From Haloarculaceae archaeon (GTDB lineage Archaea > Halobacteriota > Halobacteria > Halobacteriales > Haloarculaceae): a stretch of DNA of 32,219 bases. Shown one piece after another: positions 8,742-17,617 of this stretch. The DNA is taken from the NCBI GenBank assembly GCA_028274885.1, contig JAQCMX010000171.1:1-32219 (forward strand), written 5' to 3'. Position numbers and translations under genes: made by a program. Position 1 is the stretch's first letter; each line of letters begins with the position of its first letter. The notes below the pieces were generated by a model. It was not told the DNA's origin, ran no database searches, and was given only the letters and a program-made list of their open reading frames with translations.

Positions 8742-10448
8742 ATGAAAGCGCCCAGCGACCTGCAGGTGACAATCGTCGATGGGTACGTCGACGAGCCGGC
8801 ACACTTCGGCGTGCCGCCGTACATCTCCACGTATCCCCGATACGTGGCCGGTGCGCTCGTGGATGCCGGCGTGTCCCGGGCTGGGATCTCGTATCACACA
8901 ATCGATGCGCTGCGCGAGGAGTCCAAGCGGTGGCGATCGGTCGAGAGGGCGGATCTCGTCGTCTACGTCGGCGGGATGACCGTCCCTGGCAAGTACGTCG
9001 GCGGGACACCAGCCGAACCGGAAGAGGTCAGGCGGATCGCCTGGACCGCCGAGGGGTCGACGCTGATGGGTGGGCCGGTCCGGTTCGGGGTCGGCGAGCA
9101 AAACGAGGGCGCAACCGAAACCGAACGCGACGATCTCGACTACGACTTCGTTGCCAAAGGCGACGTGGAGGCCGCCGTTTACGATCTCGTCCACGGCGGC
9201 ATGGAGGGTTTCAGCGACAGGATGCGGGACAACGAGGAGATCACTCGATGGGCGCGACAGGGAGCGTTTGTCGTGACCGACCACCCGAACCACCCGGAGT
9301 ATCTCATCTGCGAGATGGAGACCTCGCGGGGCTGTCCGTACCGGTGTTCTTTCTGTACCGAACCACTCTACGGCGCCGATCCGACCTTCCGTTCCCCGGC
9401 CTCTGTCGTCGGCGAGGTCTCGGCGCTCGCTGACCACGGTGTTCGTCATTTCCGGCTGGGCCGACAGGCTGACATTCTTGCCTACGGTGGTAACGGCAAA
9501 GCCCCCTGCCCCGACGCACTCCGGAACCTCTATCAGGGTATCCGGGATGCCGTTCCGGACCTCCGTACACTCCATCTCGACAATATGAACCCGATCACCA
9601 TCGTCGAGTGGCCCGAGAGGTCCCGCGAGGGTATCCGCATCATCGCCGAACACAATACACCGGGTGACACCGCTGCATTCGGTCTCGAGTCAGCCGACCC
9701 GCTCGTTCAGGAGGAAAACAATCTCAACGTGACCGCCGAGGAGTGTTTCCGTGCTGTGGAGATAGTCAACGAGGAAGCCGGGTGGCGTCCGGGCGATCCC
9801 GCCGAAACGAACGGGCCCGACGATGGCACCCGGCGCCTCCCGAAACTGTTGCCAGGGATCAACCTCGTCCACGGACTCAAAGGCGAGCGCGCAGAAACCT
9901 TCGAGCACAACCGACAGTTCCTCCAGCGCATCTACGACGCCGGCCTCATGCTCCGCCGGATCAATATCAGGCAGGTCATGGCCTTTGCCGGCACCGAGAT
10001 GTCCGAAACCGGTGCCGAGATTGCCCACGATCACAACCAGCAGTTCAAACAGTACAAACGCGAGATCCGTGAGGAGATCGACAACCCGATGCTCCAACGC
10101 GTTGCCCCACAAGGAACTGTTTTGGAGAACGTCCATCTCGAGTACCACCAGGACGGCCGGACCTTCGGCCGCCAGCTCGGGACGTATCCGCTTCTCGTTG
10201 CGGTTCCAGGCGAACGACCGCTCGGATCGGTCGTCGACGTGGCAATAACCGATCACGGCTACAGATCAGTCACCGGCGTCCCCTACCCGCTCGATGTCAA
10301 CAGCGCGTCGATGGACGAACTGACAGCGATCCCCGGGATCGGCGACCAGCGGGCTGGTGCTGTCGTCGTCGATCGGCCACACGAGTCACTGCCAAAGGCC
10401 GAGCAACTCAAGCAGTTTGCGACCGTCGAATTCGAAGGTGCTGACTGA
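8742..10448 (+). CDS. Radical SAM protein with C-terminal helix-hairpin-helix (COG1031-like), function unknown
   Basis: ETSRGCPYRCSFC (CxxxCxxC), N-terminal DGYVDEPAHFGVPPYIS, FGLES, TRAM-like GRQLGTYP...VDVAITDHGYRS, and ComEA-like HhH DVNSASMDELTAIPGIG. Confidence 0.88.
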   Translation: MKAPSDLQVTIVDGYVDEPAHFGVPPYISTYPRYVAGALVDAGVSRAGISYHTIDALREESKRWRSVERADLVVYVGGMTVPGKYVGGTPAEPEEVRRIAWTAEGSTLMGGPVRFGVGEQNEGATETERDDLDYDFVAKGDVEAAVYDLVHGGMEGFSDRMRDNEEITRWARQGAFVVTDHPNHPEYLICEMETSRGCPYRCSFCTEPLYGADPTFRSPASVVGEVSALADHGVRHFRLGRQADILAYGGNGKAPCPDALRNLYQGIRDAVPDLRTLHLDNMNPITIVEWPERSREGIRIIAEHNTPGDTAAFGLESADPLVQEENNLNVTAEECFRAVEIVNEEAGWRPGDPAETNGPDDGTRRLPKLLPGINLVHGLKGERAETFEHNRQFLQRIYDAGLMLRRINIRQVMAFAGTEMSETGAEIAHDHNQQFKQYKREIREEIDNPMLQRVAPQGTVLENVHLEYHQDGRTFGRQLGTYPLLVAVPGERPLGSVVDVAITDHGYRSVTGVPYPLDVNSASMDELTAIPGIGDQRAGAVVVDRPHESLPKAEQLKQFATVEFEGAD

Positions 10449-10453
10449 TCCCG

Positions 10454-10627
10454 TCAGTCCTTGGCCGCGAAGTAGCTGGTGAAAAATCCGGACAGAAACG
10501 CCGAAACCGCAACCGATAGAAGTAGCTCGTTGCGGTCCCAGGGCTCTTCATCTGCGGTGAGAGCGGTGAACCCGACGCTGACGAGAAGCGACACGATTCC
10601 GTTGATAGTGTGATCTGTCAGAGACAT
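10454..10627 (-). CDS. Small membrane protein, 57 aa, two hydrophobic helices (absent from the ORF track)
   Basis: Hand translation: MSLTDHTINGIVSLLVSVGFTALTADEEPWDRNELLLSVAVSAFLSGFFTSYFAAKD*. ATG at 10627, TGA at 10456-10454. AT-rich AAAAACAACTATAC lies about 23-36 nt upstream. Confidence 0.7.
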   Translation of the reverse strand: MSLTDHTINGIVSLLVSVGFTALTADEEPWDRNELLLSVAVSAFLSGFFTSYFAAKD

Positions 10628-10905
10628 ATACGTAATCTAACCTCGACGGGTATAGTTGTTTTTGTCAGTGACGACCGTGTCACTCCGGCTTGGTGGATGT
10701 GGCCGCCCCCTCCCGAAGCCTCTCGGCCCCTTTTGCACTCTGTCTGTGGTAACGGCGCTGTAGGGCTCTACGAGTACGCTGTCGAGTGTCGTGACGTTCA
10801 TGTCCACCGCCGTCGCCCCGCAGACTGCTCCAGGGGAAACTGTTGTCTCGGGATCGGTGTGTGCCGATTCCGCAATTTCGGGCCGCGTGTCCTTGTGCGA
10901 CCCGA

Positions 10906-11577
10906 TCACATGTTGACATCCGCCTTGTCGTCCTCGCCGACGCCCTCGTCCCGAAGCACCGTCGCCCCCGGCAGAAGTGCTGTGAGCTTCGTGACGTAGC
11001 CCAGTTTGAACAGACCCAGCTGCGATAGTATGCCAAGGATGAAAAGACCAGCAAAGATCGGTTCACTCATATCGAAGATGAGCGGATCAAGCGTGACCCC
11101 GTCCTGTGCAGCCTCGAATTCGGTCATCGTCAGCGACCGTGAGGCGAGCGAGGCACCGATAAACGAGGTGACAAGCACCATCATGGTCCGGGTCAAAAAC
11201 ATCCCGATTCCCGCGATGACAAGGCCAGCAGCGAGTGCTCCGCCGGCCTCCACCACAAGTGAGGGGTCATCGAGCATGGGCACGACGACGTTCAGTCCAA
11301 AGATAATACCGATCACGAAGCTCAATGCGGCGATCGCAAGCGACAGTAGGGCGTACGTCAGCAAGACCCCTGCTACCGCCCCGAGCGGGATTGCAAGAAC
11401 CAGTCCGACCGTATCCCCCACGCCGGCAGCGTCGGCTACCGACGGTGAGAACAGGTACCCTGCCCCGCTACCGATTGCCATCCCAAGCAGTCCAACCCCA
11501 TATATCGAGAGCGCAGCCCCGGAAAACAACAGGATTGCGCCTCCAAGTACCAGTCCAACCGTCGTGAGCGTGCTCAT
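10906..11577 (-). CDS. Polytopic membrane protein (DUF4203/TMEM198-like)
   Basis: About 6-7 Gly/Ala-rich hydrophobic segments, LLFSG start and TSFIGA motif. TATA-like TTATGTA about 25-30 nt upstream. Confidence 0.75.
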   Translation of the reverse strand: MSTLTTVGLVLGGAILLFSGAALSIYGVGLLGMAIGSGAGYLFSPSVADAAGVGDTVGLVLAIPLGAVAGVLLTYALLSLAIAALSFVIGIIFGLNVVVPMLDDPSLVVEAGGALAAGLVIAGIGMFLTRTMMVLVTSFIGASLASRSLTMTEFEAAQDGVTLDPLIFDMSEPIFAGLFILGILSQLGLFKLGYVTKLTALLPGATVLRDEGVGEDDKADVNM

Positions 11578-11852
11578 ACACTGTGTTCATGTAAGACGTG
11601 TACATAACGTTGGTGGGACCGTACCGACCAGAGGCGGTATCTGTTCGGTTTGTACGGCCTCAAACGGCGCGGGCGACCCGGATCCGGCCCAACGAAACCC
11701 ATTGAATACCATCTTCCGGTAATCCGAACCGAGAAGGGCTGAGACGTGCAGATTCGAGAGGGCATGCGAACGACAGTCAAACTTAATGGAACAGATAGTG
11801 TGATCGGATACCGACGTTTCCGGCTGTCTGACAGGCCTCGAACGGTCGCTCC

Positions 11853-11867
11853 CAAAAAGTTTAAATA
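11853..11867 (+). promoter_or_regulatory. BRE-TATA of tfb
   Basis: CAAAAAG followed by TTTAAATA (11860-11867). Predicts a start site near 11891 and a leader of about 58 nt. Confidence 0.75.
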
Positions 11868-11890
11868 TATTTCGCACTAACATATATTCA

Positions 11891-11934
11891 GCTAATATCC
11901 CGGGATTTTTCCAAAAGGAACCTGCCCGGATAGC
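11891..11934 (+). other. Predicted stem-loop in the tfb 5' UTR
   Basis: GCTA pairs with TAGC, TCC(C)GGG pairs with CCCGGA, and there is an apical TTCC-AAAA-GGAA hairpin. Confidence 0.55.
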
Positions 11935-11948
11935 ACATTGCCCCCACA

Positions 11949-12914
11949 ATGAGTAACCCAAATACACGGACACGAACAGAGGAAACGGAGCAGACTGAAA
12001 CAGAGGAATCGACCAGCTTGGACTGCCCGGAGTGTAGCGGAACCCTGGTTGTCGACGACGAACACGGCGAGACGATCTGCCAGGAGTGTGGCCTGGTCGT
12101 CGAGGAGGACTCCGTCGACCGCGGCCCCGAATGGCGCGCATTTGACGCCAAGGAGAAAGACGAGAAATCCCGTGTCGGCGCGCCGACCACCAACATGATG
12201 CACGACAAGGGTCTATCAACGAACATTGACTGGCGCGACAAGGACGCGTACGGAAACGCGCTCGGTGCGAAACAGCGCAAAAAGATGCAGCGTTTGCGCA
12301 AGTGGAACGAGCGGTTCCGGACGCGTGACTCCAAGGAACGCAACCTCAAACAGGCCCTTGGCGAGATCGACCGGATGGCCAGCGCACTTGGACTCCCGGA
12401 AAACGTCCGTGAGACAGCTAGTGTCATCTATCGGCGTGCTCTCGACGAGAACCTCCTGCCCGGCCGCTCCATCGAAGGTGTCTCTACGGCCTCGGTGTAC
12501 GCTGCCGCTCGCCAGGCCGGGGTTCCCCGGTCGCTCGACGAGATCACGGAGGTCTCCCGCGTCGAAAAAAGCGAGATCGCACGCACCTACCGCTACGTCG
12601 TTCGCGAACTCGGGCTCGAGGTCAAGCCCGCTGACCCTGAGAGCTACGTACCCCGGTTTGCCTCGTCGCTGGGCCTCTCCGAGGAGGCCGAACGCCGGGC
12701 TCGCCAACTCCTCCAGAACGCCAAAGAACAGGGCGTCCACTCCGGCAAGTCACCGGTTGGGCTCGCTGCCGCTGCGGTGTATGCGGCCGCCCTGCTCACA
12801 AACGAAAAGACGACGCAGGCGGCTGTCAGCGAAGTGGCCGACATCTCCGAGGTCACCATTCGGAACCGCTACCACGAGTTGCTCGAGGCCGAACAGGACC
12901 TCCCGGTCGCGTAA
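11949..12914 (+). CDS. tfb: Transcription initiation factor IIB (TFB)
   Basis: Zn ribbon CPEC...CQECG, B-reader GPEWRAF, SRVGAP, cyclin repeats with GRSIEG and [11 protein letters not shown], and EVTIRNRY. Confidence 0.97.
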   Translation: MSNPNTRTRTEETEQTETEESTSLDCPECSGTLVVDDEHGETICQECGLVVEEDSVDRGPEWRAFDAKEKDEKSRVGAPTTNMMHDKGLSTNIDWRDKDAYGNALGAKQRKKMQRLRKWNERFRTRDSKERNLKQALGEIDRMASALGLPENVRETASVIYRRALDENLLPGRSIEGVSTASVYAAARQAGVPRSLDEITEVSRVEKSEIARTYRYVVRELGLEVKPADPESYVPRFASSLGLSEEAERRARQLLQNAKEQGVHSGKSPVGLAAAAVYAAALLTNEKTTQAAVSEVADISEVTIRNRYHELLEAEQDLPVA

Positions 12915-12952
12915 CTCGCTCTCTGAGAGCTGCGAGGTCGACCGGTTTTTTT
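12915..12952 (+). terminator. Putative tfb terminator
   Basis: CTCGC...GCGAG inverted repeat directly after the stop codon, then a T7 run at 12946-12952. Confidence 0.45.
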
Positions 12953-13017
12953 CCTCAAAAATCACTCCTGATAACTGCATCCCCACGTTTAGGGTTTTTG
13001 AGCGATATACCGTATGT

Positions 13018-13923
13018 ATGGCTTCTGATTCAACGAATCCGGAGGGTGCACCCGAGCTCACGGGGAGTAAAGACGAACAAACCGACGAACTCGGCGCAGC
13101 CATCGACGAGTTGCTCCGGACGTCAGAGGATGTCTCAAGCAGCTCTCAGGAGATAAGCGACCTCGCAAACGAACAGTCCGAGACGATGCAGGAGGTCTCG
13201 GGGGAAGTGGCGAACCTCTCGGCGACCGTCGAGGAGGTCGCATCGAGCGCTACGCAGGTCAAGACGGTCAGTACCGACGCCCGGGAGTTGGCGGATGAGG
13301 GGCGGTCTATCGCCGATGACGCAATCGATGCCATGCAGGCGGTCGATCAGGCAAACAACGAGGTTTCTGCGGACGTCCGGCAACTCCGCGATCGCGTCAA
13401 CGAGATCGACGAGATCGTCGAGGTGATAAACGATATCGCGGACCAGACGAACATGCTGGCACTCAACGCCTCGATCGAGGCAGCCCGGGCGGGCGAAGCC
13501 GGCGAGGGTTTCGCGGTGGTCGCAGACGAGGTCAAAACCCTTGCCGAGGACTCCCAGGAGAACGCAACGGAGATCGAAGGTCTCGTCTCAAACATCAAAA
13601 ACGACATGCAAGAGACCGTCCAGAGCATCGAACGAGCAAACGAGCAGGTCGAGGCGGGCATCAGACAGGTCGACGAGGCGGTCGATATTCTTCAGCGCAT
13701 CGACGAGGCGGTCACCGAGGCAGCACAGGGCGCAGAGGAGGTCGCCTCCGCGACCAACGACCAGGCTGCAAGCACCGAAGAGGTGGCCAGTATGATCGAC
13801 TCGACAGCCGAAAACGCCGGGGTGGTTGCCGAAGAGATCCAGCAAATTGCCGCCGCAAACCAGCAACAGACAGCAAAGAGCAACGAGATCAAACGCCTCG
13901 TCGACCAGCTCGACGAGACGTGA
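13018..13923 (+). CDS. Soluble methyl-accepting chemotaxis transducer consisting almost only of the signalling domain
   Basis: Hairpin tip [38 protein letters not shown] and methylation helices ([18 protein letters not shown]). No TM or sensor domain. Start ATG 13018; the track's upstream extension overlaps tfb. Confidence 0.9.
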   Translation: MASDSTNPEGAPELTGSKDEQTDELGAAIDELLRTSEDVSSSSQEISDLANEQSETMQEVSGEVANLSATVEEVASSATQVKTVSTDARELADEGRSIADDAIDAMQAVDQANNEVSADVRQLRDRVNEIDEIVEVINDIADQTNMLALNASIEAARAGEAGEGFAVVADEVKTLAEDSQENATEIEGLVSNIKNDMQETVQSIERANEQVEAGIRQVDEAVDILQRIDEAVTEAAQGAEEVASATNDQAASTEEVASMIDSTAENAGVVAEEIQQIAAANQQQTAKSNEIKRLVDQLDET

Positions 13924-13962
13924 ACGCAGGGGTTTTTTCCGCCGGCCCCGGATAGCCGGGAT

Positions 13963-14691
13963 ATGGACTTTGACTCGTTTCTGCTCGCCGCGAGCACACC
14001 GGATCTGTCAGTGGAGCCGGCTGCGCGCGAGTATGCCGACGCCATCGAGTTCCGGATGGATCTCGCTTCGGATGGGCTGACAGCCCTGAGCGCCTACGAC
14101 GGGGCTTTGCCCGTCCTTGTCACCAACCGTCTCAAGCGGGAGGGAGGAGAGGCTCCGGATACCGCACAACGCCTCTCCGAACTGAGGACGGCGATCGAAC
14201 ACCCGTGTGTTACAGCGGTCGATGTAGAGCTTTCGGCGGTCCGCGACGGCGATACCGCGTCCGTCCGCACCGACGCCCGGGAGCAGGAGGTTTCGGTGGT
14301 GGTGTCGACCCACGATTTCACGGGAACGCCCCCGCGCTCCGAGATGTGCAGGTTACTTTCGGCCGCAAGCGAGTACGGGGACGTGGCGAAACTGGCGGTG
14401 ACCGCCCAGTCCCGTGGCGACGTCCTCGATTTGCTCCTGGTCACCCGGGAGCTGACGGCACGAGGGGACGCCGTCGCGACCATGGCGATGGGGGAACTCG
14501 GTCGTCACTCGCGTGCGGTGGCCCCGCTGTATGGCTCCCGGATCGGGTACGCGCCGGTGGATCCTGCGAGCGCGACGGCCCCCGGTCAGTTCGATCTGGC
14601 CAGCTTACGCGACCTGGTCGATCGGCTCGCGGGCGACGGCCCCCCATCCGCCAGCGGGACCGGCTCCTCAGCCGCCGGTGCGGAAGATTAA
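13963..14691 (+). CDS. aroD: Type I 3-dehydroquinate dehydratase
   Basis: ADAIEFRMD, LVTNR...EGG, STHDF..TP, DVAKLAV, MAMG...SR and TAPGQ motifs. Confidence 0.93.
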   Translation: MDFDSFLLAASTPDLSVEPAAREYADAIEFRMDLASDGLTALSAYDGALPVLVTNRLKREGGEAPDTAQRLSELRTAIEHPCVTAVDVELSAVRDGDTASVRTDAREQEVSVVVSTHDFTGTPPRSEMCRLLSAASEYGDVAKLAVTAQSRGDVLDLLLVTRELTARGDAVATMAMGELGRHSRAVAPLYGSRIGYAPVDPASATAPGQFDLASLRDLVDRLAGDGPPSASGTGSSAAGAED

Positions 14692-14717
14692 ACACTCAGT
14701 CCACCGAGATTCCGGTT

Positions 14718-15167
14718 GTGAGCGATACCCAGCCCTCCCAGTCGGAAAAAAAGACCTGGCTGGCCGCGCTGCTGACACTGCTGGTGCCAGGGCTTGGCCA
14801 CCTCTATATCCGGATGTGGGGCGGGGCTGTCCTGTGGTTTTTACTTTACTTCACTGCGACTGTTGTGCTCTTTCCCACACAGTCTACCCCGTCGGATCTG
14901 TCCCTCGACGGGTTGGTTGCCTGGGGGGAGGCAATGCCTATCGAGGTGGCATTGACAATCATGGGTATCACTGCACTGTGCATGGCCGACGTCTACGTCC
15001 GCACTAAACAGCTCAATCAGCGCCCGATACAACGATCCGGATCGGGGTCGGATGTCCAGCGCTGTCCCGACTGTGGCAAGGAACTCGACGCCGACCTCGA
15101 TTTCTGTCACTGGTGTACGACAGAACTTCCGAAGGCCGATTCGAACGACCGTACCGACGAGTCCTGA
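14718..15167 (+). CDS. Membrane protein with C-terminal zinc ribbon
   Basis: WLAALLTLLVPGLGHLY (TM2-like), further hydrophobic segments, C-terminal CPDCG...FCHWC. GTG start at 14718 inferred. Confidence 0.78.
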   Translation: MSDTQPSQSEKKTWLAALLTLLVPGLGHLYIRMWGGAVLWFLLYFTATVVLFPTQSTPSDLSLDGLVAWGEAMPIEVALTIMGITALCMADVYVRTKQLNQRPIQRSGSGSDVQRCPDCGKELDADLDFCHWCTTELPKADSNDRTDES

Positions 15168-15198
15168 TCCGGCCCCTCCGACGCTGGCTCCGATCTGC

Positions 15199-16365
15199 TT
15201 ACTTTTCGATGATACTCTCCTCGACAGCTTCCCCGAAGTGACGTGCGGTGTCCTCGTAGTAGATGAGAACGTCCTCACCCTCGGCGAGGTTGGTTACAGC
15301 CGTTCGGCCCTCCCGGGTGTGTATCTTGATGGTTTCGGCGTTTTGCAACAGTGTCTCGATCCGGTCACCGTCGGCGGTTTCGGCCTGGAGCCGGAACATT
15401 GGCCGTTTTTCGATCTTAGAGCGGCCGACGATTGCTTCGCGGGTGTGTCCCTCCGTGTCGACGATCTGGACCTTGTCACCACTTCCCAGTTCAGAGAGAT
15501 AGTTTGTCCCGCCGTCGGGGATCCTGACGTAGGCGTGGACCGCACCGGCGTTGACACGGAACGGTCGGGAGGCGACGTAGGGTGACTCCGCCGTTTCGGC
15601 GTGGACAAAAAAGAGTCCGCGGGACATCGAGCCGACGAGCATCCCCTCGTCGTGGTCCATCAGTGATCCCGTGTCGATACAGACCCGGTCGGCCGAACCC
15701 GTCTGTTCGATACCGGTCACCTCCGCCCACCGGAGTTCGAGTTGCTCGCGCTCGACCTCGTCGCGGACCTCGACGGTCTCGCGGATCTCGCCGGGATCGT
15801 CGGTATCGAGCAATACGGCGTCAGCCCCTAACTCGAGAGTCTCGTAGGCGGTCCGGGCCTCCTGGGCAGTCCTGACACCGGCTACCAGCGTCGTCTCGTC
15901 ACCGATCCGGGCGATAAGGTTCTCCAGCGGGATGATCTGCCAGTCCTCGCCGATCACAATCGTATACGCCCCAACCCTGGCGACCTCTTCCGCGAAAGCC
16001 TCGTACTCCTCGTCGCGGATCGTCACGTAGCCGCCTTTCGGTGGGTCCTGCCCGCCCTGGAGTGCCGAGAGGTCGGCCGAACCCGAGAGGTCCGGTGGGA
16101 GATCGACCGTTCCGTCACCCTCGGCGTTCTTGCCGACGATGGTGGCGTCGGCTTCACCCCTGTCGGACTCCGCCTCGAGGACGTGGACGTCCTCACCGGC
16201 GAAGGCAGCCACGTTTACCGCACCGAGTTCGCGCACTCGATCGACATCCGACCTGTCGACCAGTACCCAGTCCACGCCGGCTTCCAGACCCGCCGTGATA
16301 CGCCGTTTTCGCTGTTCCCAATCCCCGACCTCGTCGTCGGCCTTGAGCCAGACAGCACGTGTCAT
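15199..16365 (-). CDS. aroB: 3-dehydroquinate synthase II (archaeal AroB')
   Basis: DWQIIPLENLIA, DRVCIDT, EGMLVGS, SRPFRVNAGAVHAY, LQNAETI and ARHFG motifs. Confidence 0.95.
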   Translation of the reverse strand: MTRAVWLKADDEVGDWEQRKRRITAGLEAGVDWVLVDRSDVDRVRELGAVNVAAFAGEDVHVLEAESDRGEADATIVGKNAEGDGTVDLPPDLSGSADLSALQGGQDPPKGGYVTIRDEEYEAFAEEVARVGAYTIVIGEDWQIIPLENLIARIGDETTLVAGVRTAQEARTAYETLELGADAVLLDTDDPGEIRETVEVRDEVEREQLELRWAEVTGIEQTGSADRVCIDTGSLMDHDEGMLVGSMSRGLFFVHAETAESPYVASRPFRVNAGAVHAYVRIPDGGTNYLSELGSGDKVQIVDTEGHTREAIVGRSKIEKRPMFRLQAETADGDRIETLLQNAETIKIHTREGRTAVTNLAEGEDVLIYYEDTARHFGEAVEESIIEK

Positions 16366-16595
16366 GTGGATACGCTTGCGTCCGGGTGGCTTGAACGTGG
16401 CGGATCTCCCGAGCGATCACCGGGGGTGTACGGATGCAGGGCGGTACTGACTATCGTTTCCGGATCCTGGTGCCCGTCTCCGACCGCGTGTCGATCGATT
16501 TCGGTGAGCAACGCAGGTGGTAACTCGACCCCAAGGGCGACTCGATCGTCGTCTGTGCCCCCTTCGTACTCCAATACAGCACCATCGGAATAAGT
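16362..16595 (-). pseudogene. Possible ribbon-helix-helix-like small protein; no ATG start, perhaps degenerate
   Basis: Frame reads TYSDGAVLEYEGGTDDDRVALGVELPPALLTEIDRHAVGDGHQDPETIVSTAL, acidic with a beta-helix-helix pattern. It is preceded by an in-frame TAG (16598-16596) and offers only a TTG start at 16574. Confidence 0.35.
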
Positions 16596-16756
16596 CTACC
16601 GCGGGCGTCGGACGGACGGCAGATGACCACTCGATGTAACAGAAGGTGCGGTTTGGACGGTCACCACAATCTCACCTCTGTCGCTGGCGTTTTTGTAGAC
16701 ATTCGTGCACGCGCGGGACAGCCCGTCGCTTCGCGAACCCGAGTGAAGACGCAGTA

Positions 16757-16818
16757 GCTCAAACACTCATTTGAGCCTTAGATAGGCCTTTTATAATGGC
16801 TACTGAAGCTGTCAGTAG
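16757..16818 (+). promoter_or_regulatory. Promoter of the ArsR-type gene with two flanking palindromes
   Basis: GCTCAAA-N6-TTTGAGC (16757-16776), TATA TTTTATAA (16789-16796), CTACTGA-N5-TCAGTAG (16800-16818), ATG at 16821. Confidence 0.65.
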
Positions 16819-16820
16819 TC

Positions 16821-17546
16821 ATGAGCAGTATCTTTCCGTTACGGGAAACGGTCTCGCTGGATTCGGACCGTGGACCGCGACTTGTGGAACTCGACGACGA
16901 GACTGCCGACGAGGTTTTCGAGGTACTCGCCTCCGGGACGACCCGCGAGATGTTTCTCAGCCTCCACGAGCAGCCACAGGCTGCTTCGGATCTCGCCGAA
17001 CAGACCGACACCTCCGTGCAGAACGCACAGTACCACCTCGAGAAGCTCTCTGATGCCGACCTGATCGAGGTCGTCGACACCTGGTACTCCGAGCGTGGCT
17101 CGGAGATGAAGGTGTATGCCCCCTGTGATGACTCGCTGGTCCTCTTTGCGGGTGAGGACACGCGTGGATCACTCGAACGGATCCTTACACGCCTGGTCGG
17201 TGCTCTCGCCTTTCTCGCCCCTGCGAGTGCCCTGGTCTGGTGGATCGCCAACCGGGCCAGTACCGGTATCGAGCCACGCACTGAGCCGGCCACATCCGGC
17301 GAAGCTACTGCTCAGGGCGAGGAAAGCGGTAGAATCGCCTCACAAGACGCCGACGGTGAGGACGGGGCAACGGAAGACGCTGTCGACACGGATGTTCCGA
17401 CCGACGGGGCAGACGGGGTCGTCGACTCTGCAACAGAGGCGATCGTGGGGTTAGATCCTGCCGCCGCGGTCGGGCTTGGCTTCTTTCTCGGCGGCCTGCT
17501 CGTGCTTACTGTTCTCACACTGACGTGGTATCTCCGGGACCGGTAA
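16821..17546 (+). CDS. ArsR-type winged-helix regulator with two C-terminal transmembrane segments
   Basis: VFEVLASGTTREM...ASDLAEQTDTSVQNAQYHLEKL.DADLIEV...G.EMKVY wHTH. Then TM LVGALAFLAPASALVWWI, an acidic linker, and TM AVGLGFFLGGLLVLTVLTLTWY. Confidence 0.88.
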   Translation: MSSIFPLRETVSLDSDRGPRLVELDDETADEVFEVLASGTTREMFLSLHEQPQAASDLAEQTDTSVQNAQYHLEKLSDADLIEVVDTWYSERGSEMKVYAPCDDSLVLFAGEDTRGSLERILTRLVGALAFLAPASALVWWIANRASTGIEPRTEPATSGEATAQGEESGRIASQDADGEDGATEDAVDTDVPTDGADGVVDSATEAIVGLDPAAAVGLGFFLGGLLVLTVLTLTWYLRDR

Positions 17547-17617
17547 CACCCCCGAGGCCCCCCCCAACCCGAACATGTTGGAGAAACGCCGACGGGCTGC
17601 TGGCTCAATCTCCAGGT

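Noticed and set aside
10637-10909. 90-aa minus-strand ORF following the DUF4203-like gene with a GTGA overlap
   Set aside because: No motif, composition not convincingly halophilic, and it runs over the promoter of the 57-aa gene. Not formally excluded.
11764-11880. 38-aa plus-strand ORF (MRTTVKLNG...) upstream of tfb, after a BRE/TATA-like CGAAACCCATTGAATA
   Set aside because: A basic peptide running through the tfb TATA box, with no support for translation. The element could at most be a second tfb promoter.
12226-13017. N-terminal extension making the transducer 565 aa, as if fused to or overlapping tfb
   Set aside because: The extension is an alternate frame of tfb with non-halophilic composition. 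A terminator-like T run and a promoter-like tract precede ATG 13018.
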